64,000 nucleotides of DNA from contig JAYPIL010000001.1 in the NCBI GenBank assembly GCA_038127845.1, forward strand, positions 7,960 through 71,959. The letters run 5' to 3'. Both the position numbers and the translations under genes were made by a program. Position 1 is the first letter of the stretch, and the number at the start of each line of letters is the position of its first letter. Of the stretch, positions 49,201 through 57,324 are shown piece after piece. This stretch comes from Poseidonia sp. Its GTDB lineage: Archaea > Thermoplasmatota > Poseidoniia > Poseidoniales > Poseidoniaceae. Below the pieces are notes generated by a model. It saw only the letters and a program-made list of their open reading frames with translations, was not told the DNA's origin and did no database searches.

Positions 49201-50011
49201 GCGTTCGCCAGCCGTCCTGCGATGGAACCCAGACATCGTGCGGGGGTACCCAAACGGGCAACGTTTCCGTCGTGCAGGGATCTTCGTCGACGAGGTAGGC
49301 GCCATGGTAACCCAATCGGAACGAGCCAGGGCTCAGGACCTGGTGAACAGGACAAAATCGTGAGAGTGAAAGAAGCAGGTCTTGCTCAGCCTCGGTGTAG
49401 TCCGGAGCGATGTTCAAGAGAAGCAATCCGTCGATGCTGCTGATGTGAAACGGTGCTTCGTCCGCTTCTCGAATCGCTTCAAGCACCCCGGAGAGCACCA
49501 AGGAAGGCAACGTACCTCCCGCCTCTTCTTGATGGTCAAGGGCCAACTGGTGGTAAACCGATGCCCCCGGATCGTTTTCCCAAGCAAAGGGTTGACGCAG
49601 ATTCATCAGTTCGCCATGAAGGCGCTGAATACGCTTGGTTTTGGTCATCGTCCACGATCCCACGCCCGGCGTGTGGAGAAAGGGGAAGTGGGCCTCGTTG
49701 GCCGCCAGCTCGCATCTCGCATGCAGCGCCATGAAGTTGCTGGTGTCGTTGTCCAACAGCACCGGGAGGCGTAAATCCGTGTGAAGCAAGCGAAGGAGGC
49801 GGTTCAAGGTCAAGTGATGTTGTGGATGCACCTGTGCTCCTGCATCGTGAAGCGATTCGAGCGACTGTTGGCGATGCAGTTCATTGGGGTGGAGAATCAT
49901 CACGTTGAGAGGTTTTGCAGCATTGAGGGCGTTGAAGAGCCATGGCGGAAGACCGTTACCCGCAGGCGAATATTCCGAAGTAACCTGATGCATCGTCGTC
50001 AACATGGCCAC
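46271..50011 (-). CDS. AddB-like inactive-helicase / PD-(D/E)XK nuclease
   Basis: SPSRIE..KCP, G..IH, GYADRVD, DLKT, QLALY, C..CP...C; no Walker A motif. Confidence 0.85.
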   Translation of the reverse strand: MAMLTTMHQVTSEYSPAGNGLPPWLFNALNAAKPLNVMILHPNELHRQQSLESLHDAGAQVHPQHHLTLNRLLRLLHTDLRLPVLLDNDTSNFMALHARCELAANEAHFPFLHTPGVGSWTMTKTKRIQRLHGELMNLRQPFAWENDPGASVYHQLALDHQEEAGGTLPSLVLSGVLEAIREADEAPFHISSIDGLLLLNIAPDYTEAEQDLLLSLSRFCPVHQVLSPGSFRLGYHGAYLVDEDPCTTETLPVWVPPHDVWVPSQDGWRTPVGEALETKHTRITVDERRHTVAATIALVKAFKEREDGRVLIVDGAVQERRETWSKALGEIGLTWGGGTSSLDQQPLFNAVMRAASLGQGMTAWSQSSLQSLFASATIPFSATMFSDLSHPTQEDWVARIHPEVLEEISRQFHVLGGPGAMARWLGVLSQGRPSFTERHPEQKRQALEETQWWMACLLHAWAPLLPGEDQHLLNATHQGCSTGQVLPLPAQPVDGSAWLVWLLSCMDYDVLTERRAPYDLGLGTLQTLMEGLSTTTSTMRGLDLPVPTHGRGFVELLEHIGASMTVGALHPRTSNINVVTPEDALGCQADLLVFAGLDVDSWTMRTPVVPWLDAQAQLELGMFQSDLAVRRGRHHLRHLLNAAPQIVIFDSTPEEGGGPSAPLAEWLSDVRRSNEWDNMRHPPSFLPEAMVHGDDEERRFDWVVREKGHGSWMTPSDYVTASTPEGPRRIRHGSSGADKRQQLGLDLQHSLPYEPSINHSFAVFDSYEASLHADRIRRQPNYRQLAKQATFSWDNRQHLASTEAVVLRPTRASLKVAGAQASLWPHLGHRPAGTVSISVDPRPLPPYHEQGLTMSHRFGAMGVPYQREVWSPSRIETWLKCPRQAWVKQILLAGEDEGVEAEDVDLRTRGQVIHRAGAAVLEGHGVPMGGEMTHDIQPLHLGPMGQGQAGWDTVLDFLQRDVAWLGRHNAVSIHRTRDLVDATPDEWQAFQEGDLVLPPRGRLARLLSADVNLTSASPVAVEWLPVSGSDRSVHITSRADGGEGFRLFGYADRVDVVSLTATQEEHLRENGILGDTRYDTPYPLDGTSRTAQRLVVIRDLKTVNGPPAKKAGLRHMQCLFEDMQLALYARAWEVLHPNDRVVGVGASEIGEDTTHYVELESDLEALDESLSLGEITRVFPNHFPTQLGEEGSMTPFRRWMLERIIVAERAVESAAQGHINPTPGKHCQYCPIAHSCGASTEREGGL

Positions 50012-50085
50012 CCTTCAAGAACCACCTCCGGCGAGGCCTTTTGAACCTGCGCAACGATGTGGATGAGGTCGAAGTTGGTTTGTGC

Positions 50086-50277
50086 TTTTTATATACTCCT
50101 GGACCCTTGTTCTATCGTGACTCCCTTGGAATCTCGGTCTCCTTTGGTAACAAGCGTGGGTGGTGTTCCTGTGGGCATTTTACCATGGTGTTTAAATAGG
50201 GGCATCTACATCATAAGAATACTTCATGTTTTGTTGAGCGGAGGAAAGTGGAGGAAATAAAGGGCCACATATATATA
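50086..50277. promoter_or_regulatory. AT-rich divergent promoter region with several TATA-like boxes
   Basis: TTTTATATA (~50087), TTTAAATA (~50190), ATATATATA (~50269). Confidence 0.55.
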
Positions 50278-50311
50278 CTGTCAACGAACATGAAGACTGG
50301 AAGTGAAAAAT

Positions 50312-51439
50312 ATGGAACACAAATGCGATGACTGTGGAAGCAAGCTGTTGATTGACAAAGCCCGAGGGGTGGGCGTGTGCGAAGACGAATTTTGTGCGCT
50401 CGAACACAACCTCATCTTCAACGACGCCGATACCAACGCCTCCTCCGTGTTCGGAGAAGAGGCTCAAAGCGGTGCTGTCAACGATGATGGGAAGGCTGGA
50501 ACGAAAATGCGTGTCTCAGACAACAAAGACTGGTCTGGAAAAACCATCTCTGCGAAGAAGATGAAAAATTTCCGCCGATGGTCTTGGGCCGACGCCAACT
50601 CCCAACGTGAGAAAGACCCCATGTGCGGACAGTTGAAGAACAAACTCCGTGAGATGTTCGGCAAGGATGTTGCGTTCGCTGCACGAATCCTTGCAGAGGC
50701 AGCTGCACGCAAGTTGTCCCCCGAGCAGGAAGCTGTCCGAAAGACCCTGAGCTCCAGCGAACAGAAGCGTTTGAAGTGCCCAAAGACCTCAATTTGCCGC
50801 AAGCCCGAGGGCATACGAGGCAACAGCGACAAGCAAAACCTGGAAATCATGGCCCTGGCCATCGCCAGTTTGTCCTACAAGTTGTTCAACACCGCTCCCG
50901 TCAACGAAATGGAGTTGATGAAGCAGTACGGCATCACCAAAGACCAGTTGAACAACGCCAAGCGCACCATCATGGACCACTGGAAGGCTCGCATCAGTCA
51001 GGGCTGGGCCATGCCTCCTGGTCGCGTGAAGTTGGTCGTGGCCCGGATCGACGGGTTGGACATGGCCGTTGAAAACCTCGTCTCAGCTCTCGCTGGCCGA
51101 CTCAGCGATGCAGACCTCGACAAGGTCATGGAAACCTTTTGGGACGTGCTCTCCGAATTGGATGAACCAAGCGTTGACGGCCCTGTCGCCAACATGGCCA
51201 TCGGCATGGTCGCTGCCTGTGTGATGTACGCTGTTCTCGAGCGGTTCAAGCTCCACGAACGAAACCTCAACTGCATTGCCAAGGCCGTGGGTCTCTCAGG
51301 GGCAGGCGTCAAGAGTCGAATCGCTGAAATGAAAAAGCGGTATGAAAACGGTGAGTTGCCCAAAGCGAAGGGAATGTTTGTTTCCACCGACGAGAGCGAC
51401 GACGAAGCCGATACGGCTGAAGAAGGCGCTGAAGAGTGA
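50312..51439 (+). CDS. divergent transcription factor IIB (TFB)-like protein
   Basis: N-terminal zinc ribbon CDDC..CEDEFC, two cyclin-like repeats, C-terminal IAKAVGLS...VKSR HTH. Confidence 0.7.
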   Translation: MEHKCDDCGSKLLIDKARGVGVCEDEFCALEHNLIFNDADTNASSVFGEEAQSGAVNDDGKAGTKMRVSDNKDWSGKTISAKKMKNFRRWSWADANSQREKDPMCGQLKNKLREMFGKDVAFAARILAEAAARKLSPEQEAVRKTLSSSEQKRLKCPKTSICRKPEGIRGNSDKQNLEIMALAIASLSYKLFNTAPVNEMELMKQYGITKDQLNNAKRTIMDHWKARISQGWAMPPGRVKLVVARIDGLDMAVENLVSALAGRLSDADLDKVMETFWDVLSELDEPSVDGPVANMAIGMVAACVMYAVLERFKLHERNLNCIAKAVGLSGAGVKSRIAEMKKRYENGELPKAKGMFVSTDESDDEADTAEEGAEE

Positions 51440-51478
51440 AGCAACGAAGTTCATATCCACCCGTCGCGACAGCGCTGC

Positions 51479-52441
51479 ATGCGCCGATTGATGGTGGTCG
51501 TTCTTCTTGCTGTATCTCTCGCTACCGTCTCGCTTCCTGCGAATGCCTTGCCTGCCAGCCCGGTTGAAAACGGCATGGTCTTTGGAGGACAGTGGTCGCC
51601 TGCTGGAAATGCATCGGTTACCATAACAGAGAACTTGAGCGAGTTGCCGGCCGTTGTTGAGGTCTTCACTGCAACGTGGTGTGAAAACTGCGTGGATGTT
51701 GAGCACGCCCTCGACGATGTTCAGGGGGAAGGGTGGTTGCAACAATACCATGTCCACCGCGCCATCGGGGAAACACAAGACCCCTTTGGAACCGAAGCCT
51801 TGGATTATCGATGGCGTGACAAATACGGCCCGTCTTCACCTCCAGCCGTCGTGTTCAACGGGACCATGAAGAAAATCGGTTCCGTGGCCGATGACGGTAC
51901 GCTGCAAAACGAATTCACCAATCTTGCGCAACGAGACCTTGGGCTCGGCAACGGTTCCTCCGCCTTCACGTGGACCCCGACAGGCGATTCAACGGGGACG
52001 CTTGCGTGGGCGCTGGACCTTGATGCTGCACATCTTGAAAACGCAACGCTCAACGTCTCTGCCTTTGTTGTCGAGGCTGCAGCTGATTTTGAAGAAGGGA
52101 CCAACGGACTTGGCACCTACCCGCACATTCTTCACAACATCCAAGTGTTGGGCCATGAACTCCAAGGAAGCGGCACCGTCGCGCTCCCTCAGGCCTTTGA
52201 TGGCGACGACCTCCAAGTTCATTTGATCTACGAAATCATTCCAAACGAACCCGAAGTGTTGGAAGAACCAAACGAAGCGGTTGAACCAAGCGACGAAGAC
52301 ACGCCCGCTCTTTCAACGATGTTCACGCTGATGGCTGTTGGGTTGGCGTTGACGCTCATTCATCAAAGACAAATTGGTCGAACATCCAACGAGCACCGTG
52401 ATGGTTCGCCGCCTCGCGTCGACGACGAGGATCGTCGGTGA
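51479..52441 (+). CDS. secreted thioredoxin-fold protein with C-terminal membrane anchor
   Basis: Signal peptide, VEVFTATWCENC, acidic linker, TPALS + hydrophobic stretch. Confidence 0.8.
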   Translation: MRRLMVVVLLAVSLATVSLPANALPASPVENGMVFGGQWSPAGNASVTITENLSELPAVVEVFTATWCENCVDVEHALDDVQGEGWLQQYHVHRAIGETQDPFGTEALDYRWRDKYGPSSPPAVVFNGTMKKIGSVADDGTLQNEFTNLAQRDLGLGNGSSAFTWTPTGDSTGTLAWALDLDAAHLENATLNVSAFVVEAAADFEEGTNGLGTYPHILHNIQVLGHELQGSGTVALPQAFDGDDLQVHLIYEIIPNEPEVLEEPNEAVEPSDEDTPALSTMFTLMAVGLALTLIHQRQIGRTSNEHRDGSPPRVDDEDRR

Positions 52442-54743
52442 GATCAATTTCCAACTCCCAACGAAGAAGTTGCAGCGCATCAGGCGCAGGTCCCGGCTCA
52501 CGGTAATTCCACCACCGAGGTGGTGCCCCACGGACACCTTGGCGGTCTTGTGCGTCCCTCAACAGGTTGGTCAAACGGAGGAAGGCATCGGGTCGTGGAT
52601 GATCGCGGCGGATGTACACTTGAACGCGTTCATCCTCTCCGTGACGGGTGTAGCCAAGGGCGTGGGCCATAAGGCTCACCGAGTTTCGTTCCGTTCGGTT
52701 ACGGATGGTGACCGTGAGGTTCGCATGTTCGAAAGTCAGCGCCTCTCCGTCGGTGAGCGGTGATCGAATCGTTGAGCCCAGCGGCATCAAACTCATCGCC
52801 TCCCACACGCGTGCGAAGACCTCGCACCATCGGCGTTCACCGTCCCGAATATCGCCCTCTTCGTGGATATCTTCTTCGCGGCGATGGGGCATCATGTGGT
52901 GGTATCGACGCATCCAACGGGCCATTCCTCTGCCGAACGGTTCACCGATGTTTTGGTGTTGTTGAGGAAGATAGGGGCGAACAGTCTGTCGCCATTGCGC
53001 CACCACCTCGTTGTAAGGAAAGGCGTTGGTGTCAGAAAAATGGGATTCAAACAGCGACACCCATTGACGGTTCTCACCACGGGGTGAACGGCGGCCTTGT
53101 CGCCGGCGAATCCACTGACGATTGCGCTGCATCAGTCCGCCCCCGAACAACACGGGTCCCTCGTCTTCTTCGTCCTCCCTGAATCGATGGTGATACCAGG
53201 TATGCCGCGCCGATCCATATCGCTTGAGAAGGGCCATGGATTCAGCATCCAAAGCATTCATCCAAGATGCAGGTACGTTCTGGCTGGGAAATCCGAAGGG
53301 TGGTGAGGAACGAACGACCTCAGCCAAACTGTCGATGCTCTCACTCGCTTTGATGTCGTTGGCCATTGACAGCAAAACCCCTCCGATGGTGTCACCCAAC
53401 GGTAAACTGGTGGTATGTTGTCCGCTGTGAATGCAAATCGCATCCTTCTCGTGCCGCTCAAGACCTTGCATGTGACGGATTTGGTAGGGGGCACCGTGCT
53501 GCCCAGGGCCGACCCGAACCTCGTAGGCATGGCCAAGTTGACCAAAGACCAGTGCCGTCGCCTTCTCGATATGGATACGTTCAGAGAGTCCATTCATGAT
53601 TTGATGACAAAACTCCAACGATTTGAGCAGTGAGGGAGACGGTGGAGCTTGCGTGGTGTAGGCCACCGTCCAGTTGTGTTGCAAGCCCAAAAGGAGTTTT
53701 CCAGCAGGGGAATTGAGGGGTGAATGGGAAAGGGAAATCATCAACGCCCACGCATCGGGTCGGGCTGGCACATTGATCAGGCGGGTTCCTCCGCTTTGGG
53801 TTCGCACCCGGAATTTGAGATGTCTGCCGGAAGTTTTCAGCGGCCAATCAAGCGTGCGTGGGTACTGTGTCGTCGTTTCAAGCGAAAGCCATTCTTGAAG
53901 CCAAGGCCGGTCATATGTCTCAAACAAGCCCGGTGGATGATGGCTCAATGCGCTGCGAAACATGTTGTAAAGGTCGGCGTGTTGACGCTCGAACAACTTG
54001 GTCTTGATGTCGTGTGCCCAAGCGATCATCGGTATGTATTCTCTCGAGGGTTCACCGTGTGCTCGGTCAACGAGAAGTCGGTTTGACAACCATACCAACA
54101 TGCTTGCGAGCGGTCGGAAGTGAGGTGAGAAAAACCGCCCTTCGAACCTTCGCCGTTGCCGGCGACGTGGCTCACCTGCAACAAGGTCATCCAGTACGGG
54201 ATTGCACGATGCAAGGCCGAGTATCAAAGCGGAGAGGTTCCATCCTCGCCGAGCCTTTTCATCCGCGAGAAGAGGGAACAGAACATGAAGGCTGAGGGAT
54301 GGCAATCGCATGCCATCAAGGTACCATGCCTCAGAGATAAATCGAAGCACTGTGCCGTCGTGAAAGCCAATTCCCTTCTGGAGATGACGCTCATCATCTC
54401 CACTGAGGGGGCGACCATCAGCGATGGTTTTCGCCAAGGCTTCGAACGACGATGCATCACAAGGCAGGGTTGTGATGGGGTCCTCATCCTCCCAAAGGAG
54501 AGCCCATTGGGTGTGCTGATTCACCACATCAGCGCGCAGCAGGTTGGTCCATCGTTGGGCGGATTGGTGGCCAGGACCACCGAACTGAGCGATGGCGTAT
54601 TCGTGTTCAAGGGGTGAGAGAAACGATTCCCACCCCCGATTGGGGGTGTAGTGGAGCATGGAATTGCACCAATCGCACACATGATGCGTTTCTTCGGACT
54701 GCGGATTGTGGGTACAGACGATGTCGCGAACTGAAGCCGTCAT
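52356..54743 (-). CDS. large hypothetical protein
   Basis: About 795-aa ORF; N-terminal Cys/His cluster; TTCAT at -29. Confidence 0.75.
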   Translation of the reverse strand: MTASVRDIVCTHNPQSEETHHVCDWCNSMLHYTPNRGWESFLSPLEHEYAIAQFGGPGHQSAQRWTNLLRADVVNQHTQWALLWEDEDPITTLPCDASSFEALAKTIADGRPLSGDDERHLQKGIGFHDGTVLRFISEAWYLDGMRLPSLSLHVLFPLLADEKARRGWNLSALILGLASCNPVLDDLVAGEPRRRQRRRFEGRFFSPHFRPLASMLVWLSNRLLVDRAHGEPSREYIPMIAWAHDIKTKLFERQHADLYNMFRSALSHHPPGLFETYDRPWLQEWLSLETTTQYPRTLDWPLKTSGRHLKFRVRTQSGGTRLINVPARPDAWALMISLSHSPLNSPAGKLLLGLQHNWTVAYTTQAPPSPSLLKSLEFCHQIMNGLSERIHIEKATALVFGQLGHAYEVRVGPGQHGAPYQIRHMQGLERHEKDAICIHSGQHTTSLPLGDTIGGVLLSMANDIKASESIDSLAEVVRSSPPFGFPSQNVPASWMNALDAESMALLKRYGSARHTWYHHRFREDEEDEGPVLFGGGLMQRNRQWIRRRQGRRSPRGENRQWVSLFESHFSDTNAFPYNEVVAQWRQTVRPYLPQQHQNIGEPFGRGMARWMRRYHHMMPHRREEDIHEEGDIRDGERRWCEVFARVWEAMSLMPLGSTIRSPLTDGEALTFEHANLTVTIRNRTERNSVSLMAHALGYTRHGEDERVQVYIRRDHPRPDAFLRLTNLLRDAQDRQGVRGAPPRWWNYREPGPAPDALQLLRWELEIDLTDDPRRRREAANHHGARWMFDQFVFDE

Positions 54744-54776
54744 GTATGATGTATGGCTCAACCATTTATGAAGAAT

Positions 54777-55823
54777 TTAAGACCATTCTTGACGGCAGAC
54801 CGCCAGCAGTTGGTCCACATCATCATCGGTGATGTGAAGGTGGACCACAAACCGAATTCGATGCGCACCCGTATCGAGCACGTCAACACCGTTGGCTGCC
54901 AGCACGGACACCACGTCGCTGGCAAGGTCGGTGCAATCAACATACACCATGTTGCTTTGAACCGTCGTTAAGTCAACCGAAAACGCAGAGAGATCGTTCA
55001 GCGCCTCCGCAATCGTTCGTGCACGACGGTGATCATCCTGCAAGCGGCCCACATGATGGTCGAGAGCGTGAAGACAAGCATCGGCCAGAAGACCGGCTTG
55101 TCGCCAACCTCCGCCAAACATTTTGCGCCAGCGATGTGCTCGCTGAATGAAGGCATGCGAACCCACCAGCACCGAACCTACGGGGGCGCCAAGCCCTTTT
55201 GAAAAACAAATCGACACCGAATCGTAACCCTGACACATGCGAGCGACCGATACACCGGTTGCTTCTGCAGCATTGAAAATCCGAGCGCCGTCCATGTGGG
55301 TAGCGCAATCAAGTGCCTTTGCAGCAGCCGCGATCTCGTCCAGGGCATCGAGCGTATAGCACGAGCCCCCTCCCAAATTGGAGGTGTTCTCCACGCACAC
55401 GAGCGAACCGTTTGGATAATGGCTTCCTGAACCCGCTGCCTTCCTTACCGCAGCTTGAACCTGAGCGGCGGTCATCAGGCCTTTCTCACCTTCAACAAGA
55501 GCGATCGAAGCGCCGCATAGAGCAGCATAGCCACCGCCTTCATAGCGGTAGATGTGGGCGGTTTTGTCGCAAACGATTTCGTCACCCGGAACCGTGTGCG
55601 TCTTCAAGGCGATGGCGTTGGACATGGTCCCCGAGGCGACGAACAATCCCGCTTCTTTCCCAAACAATGAGGCGACTCGGTTTTGAAGTTCAATCACGGT
55701 AGGGTCGTCGCCCAGCACATCGTCACCAACAGCGGCTTTGGCCATCGCTTCCCTCATGGCCGCCGTAGGCTGCGTCACCGTATCCGAACGGAAGTCAATG
55801 CGAGATGAGGGGTGCTCGCGCAT
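54777..55823 (-). CDS. ltaE: low-specificity L-threonine aldolase
   Basis: [50 protein letters not shown]. Confidence 0.95.
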   Translation of the reverse strand: MREHPSSRIDFRSDTVTQPTAAMREAMAKAAVGDDVLGDDPTVIELQNRVASLFGKEAGLFVASGTMSNAIALKTHTVPGDEIVCDKTAHIYRYEGGGYAALCGASIALVEGEKGLMTAAQVQAAVRKAAGSGSHYPNGSLVCVENTSNLGGGSCYTLDALDEIAAAAKALDCATHMDGARIFNAAEATGVSVARMCQGYDSVSICFSKGLGAPVGSVLVGSHAFIQRAHRWRKMFGGGWRQAGLLADACLHALDHHVGRLQDDHRRARTIAEALNDLSAFSVDLTTVQSNMVYVDCTDLASDVVSVLAANGVDVLDTGAHRIRFVVHLHITDDDVDQLLAVCRQEWS

Positions 55824-55859
55824 GACCGGTGGTCAACACTCCCCTTCATGAAGACCTTG

Positions 55860-56288
55860 CTAGAGCAATTTCAGGTCGCCCGTGATGGAGTCCAGTTCCT
55901 GAGCGTTAAACGGTCCGAGAGCGAGCACCGTCTTCGAACCCTTCGGAATTTGCGTGTGCCCAGCATCCCTGACCAGATGGACGGGAATTCCCTCACGGCG
56001 GGCAGCGTCGAGTAGCGGCTGGAAATGCGTCTCATCGGGAACCTTCACACAGATTTTCTTCTGACCGTTCGCAAGCCAGACCTCGACGTGTGAGGGATGA
56101 GAAACACCTGCGTTGAGAAAGGCTTCAACGGATGCATGACCGACTTGAGCGGCAAGTTTTCCTTTGCCCATCTTGAGCGATTGATTCACCACACACACCA
56201 ATTTTACCGACCCTTTCACGGGCAGCGTGGAAGGTTTCGGTGCCGTCAATCGGTGAAGAAACGAACGGAAACCCATCCAATCCCTCAC
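55860..56288 (-). CDS. pth2: peptidyl-tRNA hydrolase Pth2 (copy 1)
   Basis: MGKGKLAAQVGHA, GQKKI, DAGHTQI, LGP. Confidence 0.92.
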   Translation of the reverse strand: MRDWMGFRSFLHRLTAPKPSTLPVKGSVKLVCVVNQSLKMGKGKLAAQVGHASVEAFLNAGVSHPSHVEVWLANGQKKICVKVPDETHFQPLLDAARREGIPVHLVRDAGHTQIPKGSKTVLALGPFNAQELDSITGDLKLL

Positions 56289-56647
56289 AAGGTTGTCAAA
56301 TGGCCCACCAAGGCGTCAATGGTTCGTCTCGGGCCCAAAATACCCAACACCGTGACGGTGTTTGGCGGCACTTCGGTATGGCCTGCATCGATCACAACAT
56401 GAGAAAAACAGCCCTTTGGAACCATCCGAGCAAGTTCATGCAGGCCCGGTTCATCGTCAACACCGAGAACGATTTTGCGAGCACCCCCCGCACGCCAACG
56501 CTCCATCATGCGAGAGCGACGAGCCCGTTGAACCACGTCAACGGCAGCGTGAGCACACTGTGCCGCCACTTTGCCTGTGCTGAGATTTAGGTCACGCCGG
56601 ACGACCAAGGCCATCGTCGGCGCATCATCCGTGGACGACATGGACAT
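56285..56647 (-). CDS. pth2: peptidyl-tRNA hydrolase Pth2 (copy 2)
   Basis: LSTGKVAAQCAHA, GARKIV, DAGHTEV, ILGP. Confidence 0.9.
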   Translation of the reverse strand: MSMSSTDDAPTMALVVRRDLNLSTGKVAAQCAHAAVDVVQRARRSRMMERWRAGGARKIVLGVDDEPGLHELARMVPKGCFSHVVIDAGHTEVPPNTVTVLGILGPRRTIDALVGHLTTL

Positions 56648-57284
56648 CACCAACCTGCTGCGTGAGTTCGTCCAACGTCACGGTTTCGCGCAGGAAGGTG
56701 TGAAGGGACGGCCCGAGCCACAAGGCGAAGGCGATGTTTCCGAGGGCGTGAAGTGCGTCAAACGGAAGACCCACGAGCACCATTTGGGCAAGGCCTCCCA
56801 AGGTGGTTGTGGCATCGACGAGCGAAAGCGTAGAAATCGCTCCAAAGACAAAGGCTGCAACCACGGAAACGCCGCACAACCGCTGCATGTTCAGTGTGCC
56901 GTGTTCCTCGAAAACGAACCTTGACCCCAGCAGGGCGACGGCGGCCCAACCGAAGCCTTGGAAGAGCGTCCACCAGCCATCGCCGATGAGGAGGTTCGAC
57001 AACAACGTCACCAGAAGAGCGAACGCCATGCCACGTCGAGCACCAAGTTGCGAACCGACCAGTAAAGCGGCCAACGTGACGGGCTGAACATTGGGAAGCG
57101 GTTGGAAAACGACACGAAGGGCGGCCATACCGAGAACCAACGTTGCGAGCGCAGCCAACGCAAATCGGTTTTTGCGTTGGCCGGCCATCAGCAAAAAGAA
57201 CGCACTGAGCACCAAAATGGCGTTGAGGACGGCATGAGCGAGCGGTGTCAGCTCGGGCCCATGAACGCCAAACGCCTGAAACAT
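56625..57284 (-). CDS. ECF transporter S component, CbrT-like (putative cobalamin)
   Basis: ALR..PLPNVQPVT, SNL..G.GWWT.FQ..GW, GLPFD..HALGN; start placed at ATG 57284. Confidence 0.8.
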   Translation of the reverse strand: MFQAFGVHGPELTPLAHAVLNAILVLSAFFLLMAGQRKNRFALAALATLVLGMAALRVVFQPLPNVQPVTLAALLVGSQLGARRGMAFALLVTLLSNLLIGDGWWTLFQGFGWAAVALLGSRFVFEEHGTLNMQRLCGVSVVAAFVFGAISTLSLVDATTTLGGLAQMVLVGLPFDALHALGNIAFALWLGPSLHTFLRETVTLDELTQQVGDVHVVHG

Positions 57285-57324
57285 ACCACGCCCAAGGAGA
57301 ACGCCTCCTTGAGCCTTACCACGC

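Noticed and set aside
50012..50311. Replication origin in the AT-rich intergenic region
   Set aside because: No ORB-like motifs here; the AT-richness is explained by TATA boxes
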